Assembly (NCBI GenBank): GCA_964648105.1
Contig: CAZYMH010000001.1
Location: 79,999 to 143,998 of the forward strand
Origin: an uncultured Candidatus Saccharibacteria bacterium
GTDB lineage: Bacteria; Patescibacteriota; Saccharimonadia; Saccharimonadales; 2-12-FULL-41-12
Direction: 5' to 3'
Length of the DNA: 64,000 nucleotides
Both the position numbers and the translations under genes were made by a program. A model generated the notes under the pieces. It saw only the letters and a program-made list of their open reading frames with translations. It was not told the origin of the DNA and did not search any database. Below, piece after piece: positions 18,534-27,694 of this stretch; position 1 is the stretch's first letter; each line of letters begins with the position of its first letter.

Positions 18534-20753
18534 TTACTTTCTAGGTTCGTGCACAATACTGACTTGCATAGGGACTCCAAATACTTTGTCAGCAGCAACT
18601 TTTATAATTTGCTCATGTGCTGTGGTGCCAAATCTCTTTTTATGAAACATGAATTTGAAACTCACTAAAAGCGTCCCACCCTCTATCCTTGCCGTACTCA
18701 TACGAAGAATGTTACCTAACATTCGATCTACAGAGCCAACACTTTCCCATACAGGCTTCCATTCATCTAGACTCAGTGCTCTGTCGCTAACTGTTTCTGC
18801 AATCTGTACGCTTATTTGTCTCTGCGAGCCCGAAAGCAAGGTTTGCCATTTTTGATCATCTGAGGCAACTGCTATCCATAAGCTCTGGGCAGCTCGAGAC
18901 ATTGCAACATACTGAATCCTCTTACTTTCACATTCAAGCATGTCGTGCCCAGCGATCTTCAGGTTTAAATTTGTCGAATTTTTAGGACACCCGCAAGCAA
19001 GTGTCTTTTCTCGAAATGCGTAAAGGACACCATCATATGTTTCACCTTTAACACCGTGAATAGTTGAGAATACCAATCTGACGTTTTTATGAACTGGATG
19101 ATAGTCAACTGGTTTTTCGTTTTGAACTACAAGCATATTGGCGATAGGTTGATCGTTAGTTGCGGCAACAGTGTAATCATTCTTGATATCGATCGTGACG
19201 TCACTTGAGAGTGCCTTAAGTTGCCATTGATCTATTTTAGAAAGTTGAGAAATTGTTGGCTCCTCGCCAGACAATTGAGCCTCAATTATCTGTAAGTCGG
19301 TATAAAGAACTTTTCTATAGCTATAGGCGTAGCTCTCATCAAGACCGAGCTTACTGAGTAGCTCCGTTTTCATAGCTTCAAGGGTCTGTGCATCGCTGAG
19401 TTTGTACAACATCCTCTCATACGCCTTAAAGGCATTGTATTTATCTCCAGTTGTAACAAAATAAGCAACTTTTAATATTCCCCTTGAATGAGGATGGTCA
19501 AACTCGACTGGCTCAACTTTTAGATTGGGGCTCTCTATACAAAAGGCTCGATATTGAGCCGCGTCTTCTTTGCTTCTTGCTAATACGGCTAAACGTAGTT
19601 CATCGTAATTGTGCGGGTCTTTGGTTGAAATATGTTGAGCGAAGCCATCCACAATTGCCTTGAATTGTAAGCCTGCATCATCGTCTTTAATACTCCAGTT
19701 TATAATCCCAACATCATCGGTGTAATTTAAGCTCTTAGACCCCTCAGCGGGCTTGATATTACCAGTTATCGTATGAGAGTTGAGTGCTTTGCAGATATTT
19801 TGACTATTCCTGAAAGTTCCTGCAATTTCATGATCTAACCAATTATCGTCAGCAACCTTTTGCGTAAAAAGTTCTGGACGAGCAGTATTCCATTCATAAA
19901 TTGCTTGCTGCTCATCTCCAATCATCACGACATTCTCGAGACCGTTATCTATCAAATGATCAAGAATTGCATGCTGTACCTCGGTCATGTCCTGAGCCTC
20001 GTCAATAATGAACACGGGGTAACGTTTGATGATGCTTTTAGTAAGATGGTCGGAGCTGGTCAATGCTTTATACGCAAAATAGTTAGCGTCTGCTTGCGAG
20101 ACCAAGCCTTCCTTATGCTTTGTTTCCTTATAAGCTCTGAGTGCCTGCACGTACTTTGACTCAGTGCCACCATTATTGAACCAAGGGATACTGGCAGCTT
20201 TATCGCCCTTGCGAATAGCTACCGTCATCTTGCCATTATCGCCATGCTTCACATGCCCAAAGTTTGGATATATCCTGCCGTCAATTCCATAATATGTTTT
20301 GTCAAAAATGAATCCGTAATCTAAGTTACTCACACCGCCAAACTGATTGATAACAGTACTGTCTTTTGCCTTAAAAGTACTGAAGGGTTCCCCGACAAGT
20401 TTTGGCCGACCCTCAGGGAATCCCATGTAGACTCCGCCATGCAACAAGAAAAGTTTTTTATTTAAGAATGAGTCTATAGTTTCAATAGAATGAGGGTGGT
20501 TAACTAAGCTAGTGTTACCTCGTGATTTTTGTAGCTTAGTTTTTATTTCGTCTTTAGCAACATTTGTATAAGAGACCATCGCCATTCCTTGCCATGGCTT
20601 GAATGTGGCCTGCCACTTGTCTGCAATACTAATGCAGTATTCGGTGATAAGCGTTGTTTTACCAGTTCCTGCTCTTGCCGATATTATCTGCAACCCAAAG
20701 CGAGGTAATCCGGAACTCCAAAGACTATCAGTCTGTTCTGTCGTTAGCTTCAT
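18534..20753 (-). CDS. UvrD/Rep-type SF1 helicase, GajB-like, with C-terminal extension
   Basis: Walker A ARAGTGKTT, Walker B FIIDEAQDM, GDEQQAIYEW, FRNSQNI, TIHGVKGETYDGV, YVAMSRAAQSLWI. ATG at 20753 (the track start 20756 is a TTG). It overlaps the upstream OLD gene by 26 nt. Confidence 0.8.
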   Translation of the reverse strand: MKLTTEQTDSLWSSGLPRFGLQIISARAGTGKTTLITEYCISIADKWQATFKPWQGMAMVSYTNVAKDEIKTKLQKSRGNTSLVNHPHSIETIDSFLNKKLFLLHGGVYMGFPEGRPKLVGEPFSTFKAKDSTVINQFGGVSNLDYGFIFDKTYYGIDGRIYPNFGHVKHGDNGKMTVAIRKGDKAASIPWFNNGGTESKYVQALRAYKETKHKEGLVSQADANYFAYKALTSSDHLTKSIIKRYPVFIIDEAQDMTEVQHAILDHLIDNGLENVVMIGDEQQAIYEWNTARPELFTQKVADDNWLDHEIAGTFRNSQNICKALNSHTITGNIKPAEGSKSLNYTDDVGIINWSIKDDDAGLQFKAIVDGFAQHISTKDPHNYDELRLAVLARSKEDAAQYRAFCIESPNLKVEPVEFDHPHSRGILKVAYFVTTGDKYNAFKAYERMLYKLSDAQTLEAMKTELLSKLGLDESYAYSYRKVLYTDLQIIEAQLSGEEPTISQLSKIDQWQLKALSSDVTIDIKNDYTVAATNDQPIANMLVVQNEKPVDYHPVHKNVRLVFSTIHGVKGETYDGVLYAFREKTLACGCPKNSTNLNLKIAGHDMLECESKRIQYVAMSRAAQSLWIAVASDDQKWQTLLSGSQRQISVQIAETVSDRALSLDEWKPVWESVGSVDRMLGNILRMSTARIEGGTLLVSFKFMFHKKRFGTTAHEQIIKVAADKVFGVPMQVSIVHEPRK

Positions 20754-22710
20754 CAACTGTACCTGCCTCTGGTTCTGGATCTGGTGTTATCACAAACTCT
20801 ATTGCATCCCGTATGTACTTGGGAACTGTAAATTCAGTTTGGTCAGTCTTGGATAGCAATGCTTCGTGTAGATAGTATGCGTAGTCAGATTTTGAAGTTA
20901 AAAACGCACTATTTGTTCTTGAGCCACCAGACCATTCGGCATCATTAACTAAAAGTGACTTTCCAGCTGGTGCAGTAGCAAATTTTTGTTTCATTTTTTT
21001 GTAGCTGAGTAGTGGGTTTGAAAAATCTAAGTAATCACTGACGAAATCGCTATTAACCTGAGTCTCACTTGAATTTCGAGCCTTGCTCAGGCTGTCAGTT
21101 AATATGGTTTGCATATTTGTATTACCGACTGCACTCAGTAAGAGTTCAAACTCAAATGTACCAAGTCCCTTAAAAGTTTTCAGTGTGTTTGTACCTGTGA
21201 TGCTGGTAACTTCAGTCTTCTTGATGAGATCATCTGCAGTCGCAGGCATAGTATCTGGTTTGGCGTCATCGTCCGTAATGAAGGCACAACGTAAAGGCAG
21301 TCCACCTTCACCAAACAAAGCCTCGAAATGGCTAAAACCGCCTTTAGCACCCAATATCACAATCTCAACACCATTTTCTCTCAAGCCACATCCGATCATC
21401 TCGGAAAAACGCTCAAGTAGAAGGGCTTCGGTTACGCCTTCAACAAAAATGACAGAATTAGCAAAGAGTAATTGGGATCGAGTCACATCTAAGAACTTAT
21501 GCAAATACCTCTTATCATCGTCTTCGATTATCTCAGATAGATGAGAGGGCTGGCCTCCAACATCTTGCTGGGGGTGGCTCATAACAATAATTTTCTCCAC
21601 GTCACTCTTTGCGGTAATTGTTGGCGAGTGTGATGTTACGAATATCTGGTGAGAAGTGATCTTGTTTAACTCTTGGAAGAAGGAATCCTGCAGCTGGGGG
21701 TGTAGGTGGGCTTCGGGCTCTTCGATCAAAAAGAAGCGGTGAACGTGAGCGGTTTCTTCACTTGTGCGAGATAAAACGATACTTGAGTATATGAGATTGT
21801 TAATCCCTAACCCATTACTTGAGAGATTGAGCTTTGAAGCACCGTGGATCCCATGCTCTAAAACGGCTTCTAGCGATCTTAGTAATTCGTCGTTCAAGTT
21901 TGTGGGTGCGAAGTGCAATACATTGTCTGGGAATTTATAGGCACTTGCATACTTGGCAAAATTCTTCCCAGCAGCATCCTCGTGTTTATTACCATCGGTG
22001 GCTTTCTCAAGTAATTCTCTTGCTTTCTCTTTTAGCTCGGGCGGAATCTCTTTTAACTTTTTATGGTCACCATGTCCATAGAGTAATCGCTCTATCTCAA
22101 GACCAATCCGTCTTCGATCAGTACTAAGATCACGTAAAGGTTCAAGGTATATCGATTTCATATAGTCCAATGACTCAGGACTAACGGGATGAGAGAAATC
22201 TTTACCTCCACTAATATCTCGCGACTTATAGCTAAATCTTTTCTTTACGTCATCAAAACCGAAGTTAACTTGATACCTAAGCTTGAATACACCATATTCT
22301 TCGTCATCCTCAGAATCCTCATTGGTATCGATGTCATAGAACATCCCAGGGACGTCGGTATTTTTTCGGCCATGAAAAGTGGCGTCAAACGATACGGTAG
22401 CTGTATCCACATCGCCAAGAAGTCTAGATACATCCTTGTGCTGGATTCGTATTAGGTCTTCTTTTTCTTCATATGTTCCGATGCTGAAAATCAATCGTAG
22501 TGCGTCGACTAACGCACTCTTACCACCATTATTTGGGCCGACAATAACATTTAGGCTTGGGTTAAAGTTGAACGTAGCATCCTTTAAAACGCGGAATCCT
22601 TTTACAGTAAGCTGGCTTAAATAGAAATCAGGCTTAGTGCGTAATACTGCCTCTTCAGCCCCGTCTGGTACGTTTAATTCTTCCGCATTTGGTGTTTCAA
22701 TGTCAGCCAT
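20728..22710 (-). CDS. OLD-family ATP-dependent endonuclease (ABC-type ATPase + TOPRIM), GajA-like
   Basis: Walker A GPNNGGKSALVDAL, Walker B/D-loop FFLIEEPEAHLHPQLQ, TOPRIM Glu VIFVEGVTEALLL and acidic FITDDD. 660 aa. Confidence 0.8.
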   Translation of the reverse strand: MADIETPNAEELNVPDGAEEAVLRTKPDFYLSQLTVKGFRVLKDATFNFNPSLNVIVGPNNGGKSALVDALRLIFSIGTYEEKEDLIRIQHKDVSRLLGDVDTATVSFDATFHGRKNTDVPGMFYDIDTNEDSEDDEEYGVFKLRYQVNFGFDDVKKRFSYKSRDISGGKDFSHPVSPESLDYMKSIYLEPLRDLSTDRRRIGLEIERLLYGHGDHKKLKEIPPELKEKARELLEKATDGNKHEDAAGKNFAKYASAYKFPDNVLHFAPTNLNDELLRSLEAVLEHGIHGASKLNLSSNGLGINNLIYSSIVLSRTSEETAHVHRFFLIEEPEAHLHPQLQDSFFQELNKITSHQIFVTSHSPTITAKSDVEKIIVMSHPQQDVGGQPSHLSEIIEDDDKRYLHKFLDVTRSQLLFANSVIFVEGVTEALLLERFSEMIGCGLRENGVEIVILGAKGGFSHFEALFGEGGLPLRCAFITDDDAKPDTMPATADDLIKKTEVTSITGTNTLKTFKGLGTFEFELLLSAVGNTNMQTILTDSLSKARNSSETQVNSDFVSDYLDFSNPLLSYKKMKQKFATAPAGKSLLVNDAEWSGGSRTNSAFLTSKSDYAYYLHEALLSKTDQTEFTVPKYIRDAIEFVITPDPEPEAGTVDEANDRTD

Positions 22711-22886
22711 GTTTGATTAATTCCTATCACCATTGCGAAAGACGTCTTGCATAGTAATCATAGAAGTTATTATAACATCGTATGAGCATCATTTTACTTC
22801 TTGGGATTCGAGCTGAGCTTCTATTTCCGCTAGAAGCTCAAAATACTCGCAAAGTATCTTTAAAGATTCCTCGTCAAGCTTGGGCA

Positions 22887-23444
22887 TCAGAGATTCTGCT
22901 GAACATAAATTTCGTAATCACTCGCAGTATAAAGCATCTTTGCTTGGGTGTTCGTAGGGTACTGAAGCGATTTTGGTTCGTACTCTTGATAAAGGCTAAA
23001 TATTGGACTGGGTCGAGATGCAACTTCGGCTTTTTTGCCCATTATTTTATCTAGTTTCGACAGTCGATATTCGGCGGCTTCTTTCCTATGTTGGACGTAT
23101 AAATTATAACGATCCTCATACGTCTTAAGTACAGCAGTACACTCCTTTTCGTACTTAACCTTGAATTGTGACTCAATTAACTCTAGTTTTTCTTTGGACA
23201 CGCCTTGGTTGTAGAGACGATTCGTGACCGTAGCGACACTAAAGTCACTATTTGATTTAACTGTATGATAGCAGTCGGCATATTTTTCTTCGTTTGAGGA
23301 CAAATAGCTTACGTCCTCACTAACAGTCGATTCGGCCTTATTAGCAAAAGAAGGTGTCGCACTCAGATAATAGTAACCACCTATTGCCACAATCAAGAGG
23401 CTGACCCCTACCGCTGGAAACAAATAATCAAAGACTTTATCCAT
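22887..23444 (-). CDS. hypothetical N-terminally anchored protein
   Basis: 185 aa with a single N-terminal TM (LFPAVGVSLLIVAIGGYYYL). Divergent from the XRE gene. Confidence 0.5.
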   Translation of the reverse strand: MDKVFDYLFPAVGVSLLIVAIGGYYYLSATPSFANKAESTVSEDVSYLSSNEEKYADCYHTVKSNSDFSVATVTNRLYNQGVSKEKLELIESQFKVKYEKECTAVLKTYEDRYNLYVQHRKEAAEYRLSKLDKIMGKKAEVASRPSPIFSLYQEYEPKSLQYPTNTQAKMLYTASDYEIYVQQNL

Positions 23445-23514
23445 ATAGTAATATTATCACAAACTCTATGTTTACTCTGTAGATGTTAACTCTGCAATTC
23501 TTTGTAATGGGTGT

Positions 23515-23769
23515 ATGGCTCATAAAGTTATATCCATCAAAGAAAAAGCAGACAAAGAACGCTTTGCAAAATCATTTGGCAAGATTCTCAGTGATGCTCG
23601 GAAAAAAGCAGGATTAACCCAAGAACAACTCGCAGACAAAGCAGATTTCCATCGAACCTATATTGGATTCATGGAACAAGGAGTCTATTCACCCAATCTT
23701 TACTCTCTGACAAAAATTGCCAAAGCTCTAAATATGAAGCTCTCAGACTTGGTAAAGAAATTAGATTAG
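23515..23769 (+). CDS. XRE-family HTH transcriptional regulator
   Basis: 84 aa with the classic Cro/C1 HTH (ARKKAGLTQEQLADKADFHRTYIGFMEQG). Confidence 0.85.
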   Translation: MAHKVISIKEKADKERFAKSFGKILSDARKKAGLTQEQLADKADFHRTYIGFMEQGVYSPNLYSLTKIAKALNMKLSDLVKKLD

Positions 23770-23779
23770 AGCATTAAAC

Positions 23780-24538
23780 ATGCTCAGCCCAGACGCTTAC
23801 GAAAAATCTTACGGTGACCAAAAATATCTAGAGGCTAGAGATCACACGGATCTAATTACTGCACTTGCTGAAGAGCTAGAAGATATCGAAGCCGAATATG
23901 CTTACCGAAAGTACGACAAACGCAAAAGATCTTTTGATAAAAACGATGCAGATCAGTCTACTCTGCACGCTACTGCTTTACCGCTTGAGTACCAGCTTGA
24001 TGCTGCAGTAAAAAGCGTGCAAAGCATATCTCCCGCACCCAGGGAAAAAAGTCTGATTGATAAAACTTACAAGAAACACCTAAAAGTGGGCTGGAGCAAT
24101 ACTGCAGCGAACCGACTAGAACTAAAGATTAGAAATACACGACGAATAATTCTATGGTTTAAGAATAGTTACTCAATAGAATTACGTAAGCGATACTGGT
24201 ATGAGGATAGTTCGATTTATATCGGATACGGTAAATATGCAGACCTACCAGAGAATACTTTCACCTCGTCGTTGGCTAAGCTACTTTTTAATGATCCCCG
24301 TAAAATCTGGCTTATGAGTGACCTAATTGATGAGCTCGCCAAAGATAAAAACATCACATTCGAAACTAGAGAATACGATGACATAGATTACCTGTTGATT
24401 AAACGATGTTGTCAGTCAATAAACGACAAAGTCAGTGCAGTAAAAGGCTCAAAGATAAAGCTTGTCGATTGCACTATTAGTCGGGTTAAACTCAACACCA
24501 AATTATTCCACGTACTCGATCGAATCACGGTAGAATAG
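23780..24538 (+). CDS. hypothetical protein (element-borne)
   Basis: 252-aa ORF, 10 nt after the XRE gene. No recognised motif. Confidence 0.5.
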   Translation: MLSPDAYEKSYGDQKYLEARDHTDLITALAEELEDIEAEYAYRKYDKRKRSFDKNDADQSTLHATALPLEYQLDAAVKSVQSISPAPREKSLIDKTYKKHLKVGWSNTAANRLELKIRNTRRIILWFKNSYSIELRKRYWYEDSSIYIGYGKYADLPENTFTSSLAKLLFNDPRKIWLMSDLIDELAKDKNITFETREYDDIDYLLIKRCCQSINDKVSAVKGSKIKLVDCTISRVKLNTKLFHVLDRITVE

Positions 24539-24572
24539 TTTTTTCTACAGATACAAGCTCAGGTGCTTTCAG

Positions 24573-25130
24573 GTGCCGAGGGCTTTATATGATGTAGCTA
24601 TGGAAGAAATGCGACGAGGTAAATCAGCCCGACAGAAGAGCTTAATCAAACTCTTCTGCGGGAAGCCTCCAACTTTATATCAGGCGGGCTTAGTTAGAGT
24701 CTTTGGCTTCCAGCTCGGTCTATTACTATCGAAGCTCGCATATTGGGAGGGTAAGCAGTCCAGTAGTGGAGGCTGGATATATAAAACTGCAAAGGATTTA
24801 GAAGACGAGACTGGCTTAACCGCGGCTAATCAAAAACATGCTATCCGTATTGGTAAAAAACTTGGTGTCATCGAAATGACATACCGCCAAGTCCCTCGTA
24901 AACGACATTACAAAGTTCTGTGGAAAAAAGTCGCTGAAATAGTGGAATTTGAAGCACCAAAGCACGGACTGAAAGTATCAAAATCACTCATGGAGTTGGG
25001 CGACAATAACCCGACTATTACAAAGACTACACAAAACACTACTACAAAGAACAGCCTATCGAAGAATTCAGTTGGAAATATCTTAAAGAATAGCTACACA
25101 CAATTACTCAGACATCGAGGTAGAAAATGA
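24573..25130 (+). CDS. hypothetical protein, possible winged-helix replication/organiser-like protein
   Basis: 185 aa with a GTG start (ATG alternative at 24600). The pattern KTAKDLEDETGLTAANQKHAIRIGKKLGVIE suggests a wHTH. The functional call is weak. Confidence 0.4.
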   Translation: MPRALYDVAMEEMRRGKSARQKSLIKLFCGKPPTLYQAGLVRVFGFQLGLLLSKLAYWEGKQSSSGGWIYKTAKDLEDETGLTAANQKHAIRIGKKLGVIEMTYRQVPRKRHYKVLWKKVAEIVEFEAPKHGLKVSKSLMELGDNNPTITKTTQNTTTKNSLSKNSVGNILKNSYTQLLRHRGRK

Positions 25131-25327
25131 GTCTTGAACTCGATAATGAGATCATGACTGTCAATGAGGCCAGGGAGATCATGCATGAGTCAACTACTGG
25201 CATGTCTGAGTATGAGGTTGAGGATCTTATCAATAACATGCACCTACTGGCACGAGCCTTTATAGAAACGGTTCAAAAAGATGAAGAATTCAGAGTAAAC
25301 ATAGCGTATAATAGAGGTGATAAGTAG
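25127..25327 (+). CDS. hypothetical small protein
   Basis: 66 aa, 4-nt overlap with the upstream ORF, immediately upstream of the recombinase. Confidence 0.45.
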   Translation: MSLELDNEIMTVNEAREIMHESTTGMSEYEVEDLINNMHLLARAFIETVQKDEEFRVNIAYNRGDK

Positions 25328-25342
25328 GAGAAATGGTTCTAA

Positions 25343-26887
25343 ATGTTTTCGATTGCATATATTCGAGTGTCTACAGAAGAGCAAGTATTTGGCACTAGCC
25401 TAGAGAGCCAGGAACAAGCGTGTATTGAGTATGCAAAGAAAAATGGCCTACGATTGAGCAAGGAACATATATTTCGAGAAGAAGGCGAATCAGCAAAGCT
25501 ATTAGACAGAACACAACTCCAAAACATGCTGACTTTTGTAAAGAATAACCGTGGCAAGATAGAGGGCTGTATAGTCTGGAAAGTTGATCGACTTGCCCGC
25601 AAGAGCGAATATCACCATGCGATCAAGGGCGTTCTACTCAAATATGGAGTAAAGCTTAAGTCAGTGACAGAGCCGATTGACGACAGCCCTATGGGCTCAT
25701 TAATGGAAGGTGTCTTAGCCGCATTTGCTCAATTTGATAACGATATTCGCACCACTCGTACAGTCACAGGTATGCGTGCCCGAACCATGCAAGGCGGGTG
25801 GCCTCACAGGGCAACATATGGTTACAGGAATAGTAAAACAGTTACGGGTATTAGTACGATCGAACCAGACGAAAACGCTGAAATCGCTAAAAAGTTTCTT
25901 GAGACTTTCTCTACTGGTGCGTACAACTTAAATCAAGCAATATTGCTAGCTAAAAAGCTAGGGATGATCTCAAAGTTAACTGGAAAACCTTATGGCTGGC
26001 AAGGTGTTAAGCATATTTTAAAAAACCCATTGTACGCAGGTTTCATAAGTTCAAGCTTCACAGACGGGTCTTATCTTAAGGGTGTCCATAAGCCTTTGAT
26101 TAAACCAGATATGCATTACAAGATATTGGCGATCATCGATAAACGATTCGAGAAAAACAGTAAACACGCAAAAGAAGACTGGCCACTAAGGGGAGGATTT
26201 TTGAAATGCTTTTACTGTAAACACCCTTTGACAGGTGGTGTACCTAAGGGTCGTGATAAGCACTATCCTCGATATAGCTGCATGAGATGCAGAAAGGTTG
26301 ACGGAGTCAAAGCTAATAGTATGAGTAGAGACAAAACGCACGAAGACTTTATGTCTCTCTTGGCTCAAATTACGCCACGAGAAGACGTTGCCCAAGGTTT
26401 TCGAGAGATAGTACTCCGAACATGGAATAACGACTACAAAGACGCCATAGGTCATCTAAAACGAATTGATTCACAGATCTCTACACTACAGCAGAAGAGA
26501 TCCAGGATTATTGATTTGTTTATTGAAGATAAGCTTTCAGATGAGATGAAGAATCAAAAGCTAAATGAGATCCAAGACAACCTAGCTGATCTTGAGTTCC
26601 AACGCTCAGAGTCTGGTAATGACGTAGCCGACAAGGAGCAAGTAATAGACAGTGCGGTCATGCTCCTAACTCAAGCTGATAAGTTTTGGAATCTGGGAAA
26701 CCTAGAGGTTAGGAAGCAGATCCAAGACATGGTATTTCCTGAAGGTCTGTACTATAGCTTTACTGACGGTTTTGGAACCGTAACTTTAAGCAAATCACAT
26801 CAGTTAATCGAAAAAGTCACCACGAATGGTGACTTAAATCCTAATTTGGTGATCTCACGGGGAATCGAACCCCGATTGCCAGGATGA
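25343..26887 (+). CDS. large serine recombinase (resolvase/invertase N-domain + recombinase + zinc-ribbon domains)
   Basis: N-terminal IAYIRVSTEEQ catalytic-Ser motif, VWKVDRLAR, a recombinase-domain region, a CFYCKH...CMRC zinc ribbon and a coiled-coil. The last 41 nt run antisense through tRNA-Glu. Confidence 0.85.
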   Translation: MFSIAYIRVSTEEQVFGTSLESQEQACIEYAKKNGLRLSKEHIFREEGESAKLLDRTQLQNMLTFVKNNRGKIEGCIVWKVDRLARKSEYHHAIKGVLLKYGVKLKSVTEPIDDSPMGSLMEGVLAAFAQFDNDIRTTRTVTGMRARTMQGGWPHRATYGYRNSKTVTGISTIEPDENAEIAKKFLETFSTGAYNLNQAILLAKKLGMISKLTGKPYGWQGVKHILKNPLYAGFISSSFTDGSYLKGVHKPLIKPDMHYKILAIIDKRFEKNSKHAKEDWPLRGGFLKCFYCKHPLTGGVPKGRDKHYPRYSCMRCRKVDGVKANSMSRDKTHEDFMSLLAQITPREDVAQGFREIVLRTWNNDYKDAIGHLKRIDSQISTLQQKRSRIIDLFIEDKLSDEMKNQKLNEIQDNLADLEFQRSESGNDVADKEQVIDSAVMLLTQADKFWNLGNLEVRKQIQDMVFPEGLYYSFTDGFGTVTLSKSHQLIEKVTTNGDLNPNLVISRGIEPRLPG

Positions 26888-26921
26888 AAACCTGGTGTCC
26901 TAACCGTTAGACGATGAGACC
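26847..26921 (-). tRNA. tRNA-Glu(UUC)
   Basis: Cloverleaf: GGTCTCA/TGAGATC acceptor, anticodon loop TTTTCAT, T-arm CGGGG-TTCGATT-CCCCG, encoded CCA. 75 nt. Confidence 0.9.
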
Positions 26922-27044
26922 TCTTTATGGTTATTTTAAACTAAAATGTACACTATTGACCAGTTTTCATCTTGAATAATGTGACTACAACCACTATTTT
27001 AAAATTACCTCTGTTATTTTAACATAAAATCATTAATTTGAAAA

Positions 27045-27233
27045 TTAAAGTCCTAATTCTTTTGAATCTATACCAGCCTGGCGTGCAATACCACGTAGAG
27101 TACCTTTCTTTAATTCTTTATGAACAGGAATAACTGTAATTATCTTTTCCGTTTTAGCAATCTTCTTCATGACAACATGTGAACCTTTTTGTCTAGCAAA
27201 TTCGAAGCCGTGACTTTGCAAAATTTTCATCAC
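27045..27233 (-). CDS. hicA: type II toxin HicA (mRNA interferase)
   Basis: 62 aa. ILQSHGFEFARQKGSHVVMKK is the HicA/YcfA signature. Confidence 0.85.
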   Translation of the reverse strand: MMKILQSHGFEFARQKGSHVVMKKIAKTEKIITVIPVHKELKKGTLRGIARQAGIDSKELGL

Positions 27234-27253
27234 TTCTTTGCCACTCAGTAGAA

Positions 27254-27469
27254 TTAAAGACTCACAGTGGTAAGAAAAGATTGATGCGACAAATTGTCCT
27301 CTTGAGACTTATCATCCAATTCCTCAAAATATAGCTTTAAGGCTTCTCTTAAATTATCCACAGCCTCGTTAATATCACTTCCCTGACTAACAATTCCAGT
27401 ATCTGGATTGAGTGATACGAACATACCGTCTTCTTCGGTTAAAACTGCGTTAAAATATCGTTTTTGCAT
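27254..27469 (-). CDS. hicB: HicB-like antitoxin (UPF0150 fold)
   Basis: 71 aa. The pattern YFNAVLTEEDGMFVSLNPDTGIVSQGSDINEAVDNLREAL matches HicB. It lies 20 nt upstream of hicA. Confidence 0.75.
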   Translation of the reverse strand: MQKRYFNAVLTEEDGMFVSLNPDTGIVSQGSDINEAVDNLREALKLYFEELDDKSQEDNLSHQSFLTTVSL

Positions 27470-27694
27470 ATATTTATTATAACGAATATGTACCTATTGA
27501 CAAATTAAAACCGTTAGACGCATTACAATCTAATACGAGCTTTTATACTAGTGTCTAATTTGAGTATATTTGTTTTGTTGTTGCGAGCGATCAGTCATTG
27601 CTCTTTCGTGTTTTTACCATAGCACAAACAAAGCATTTTGACTAGTGTTTATCCACAACAAAATCGAGAATAACGTAATTAACAGGTGCTAGAT

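Larger units (their letters stand above)
17620..26890. mobile_element. putative integrative element (serine-recombinase type) carrying a Gabija-like defence pair; boundaries approximate
   Basis: The block sits between the core gene pyk and tRNA-Glu. It contains a large serine recombinase, an XRE repressor-like gene, a possible replication wHTH protein, orphan small ORFs and defence genes. The left end is not defined by any repeat I could find. Confidence 0.5.

Noticed and set aside
25339-25602. 87-aa minus ORF antisense to the recombinase N-terminus
   Set aside because: It lies entirely within a well-supported CDS on the other strand and has no motifs.
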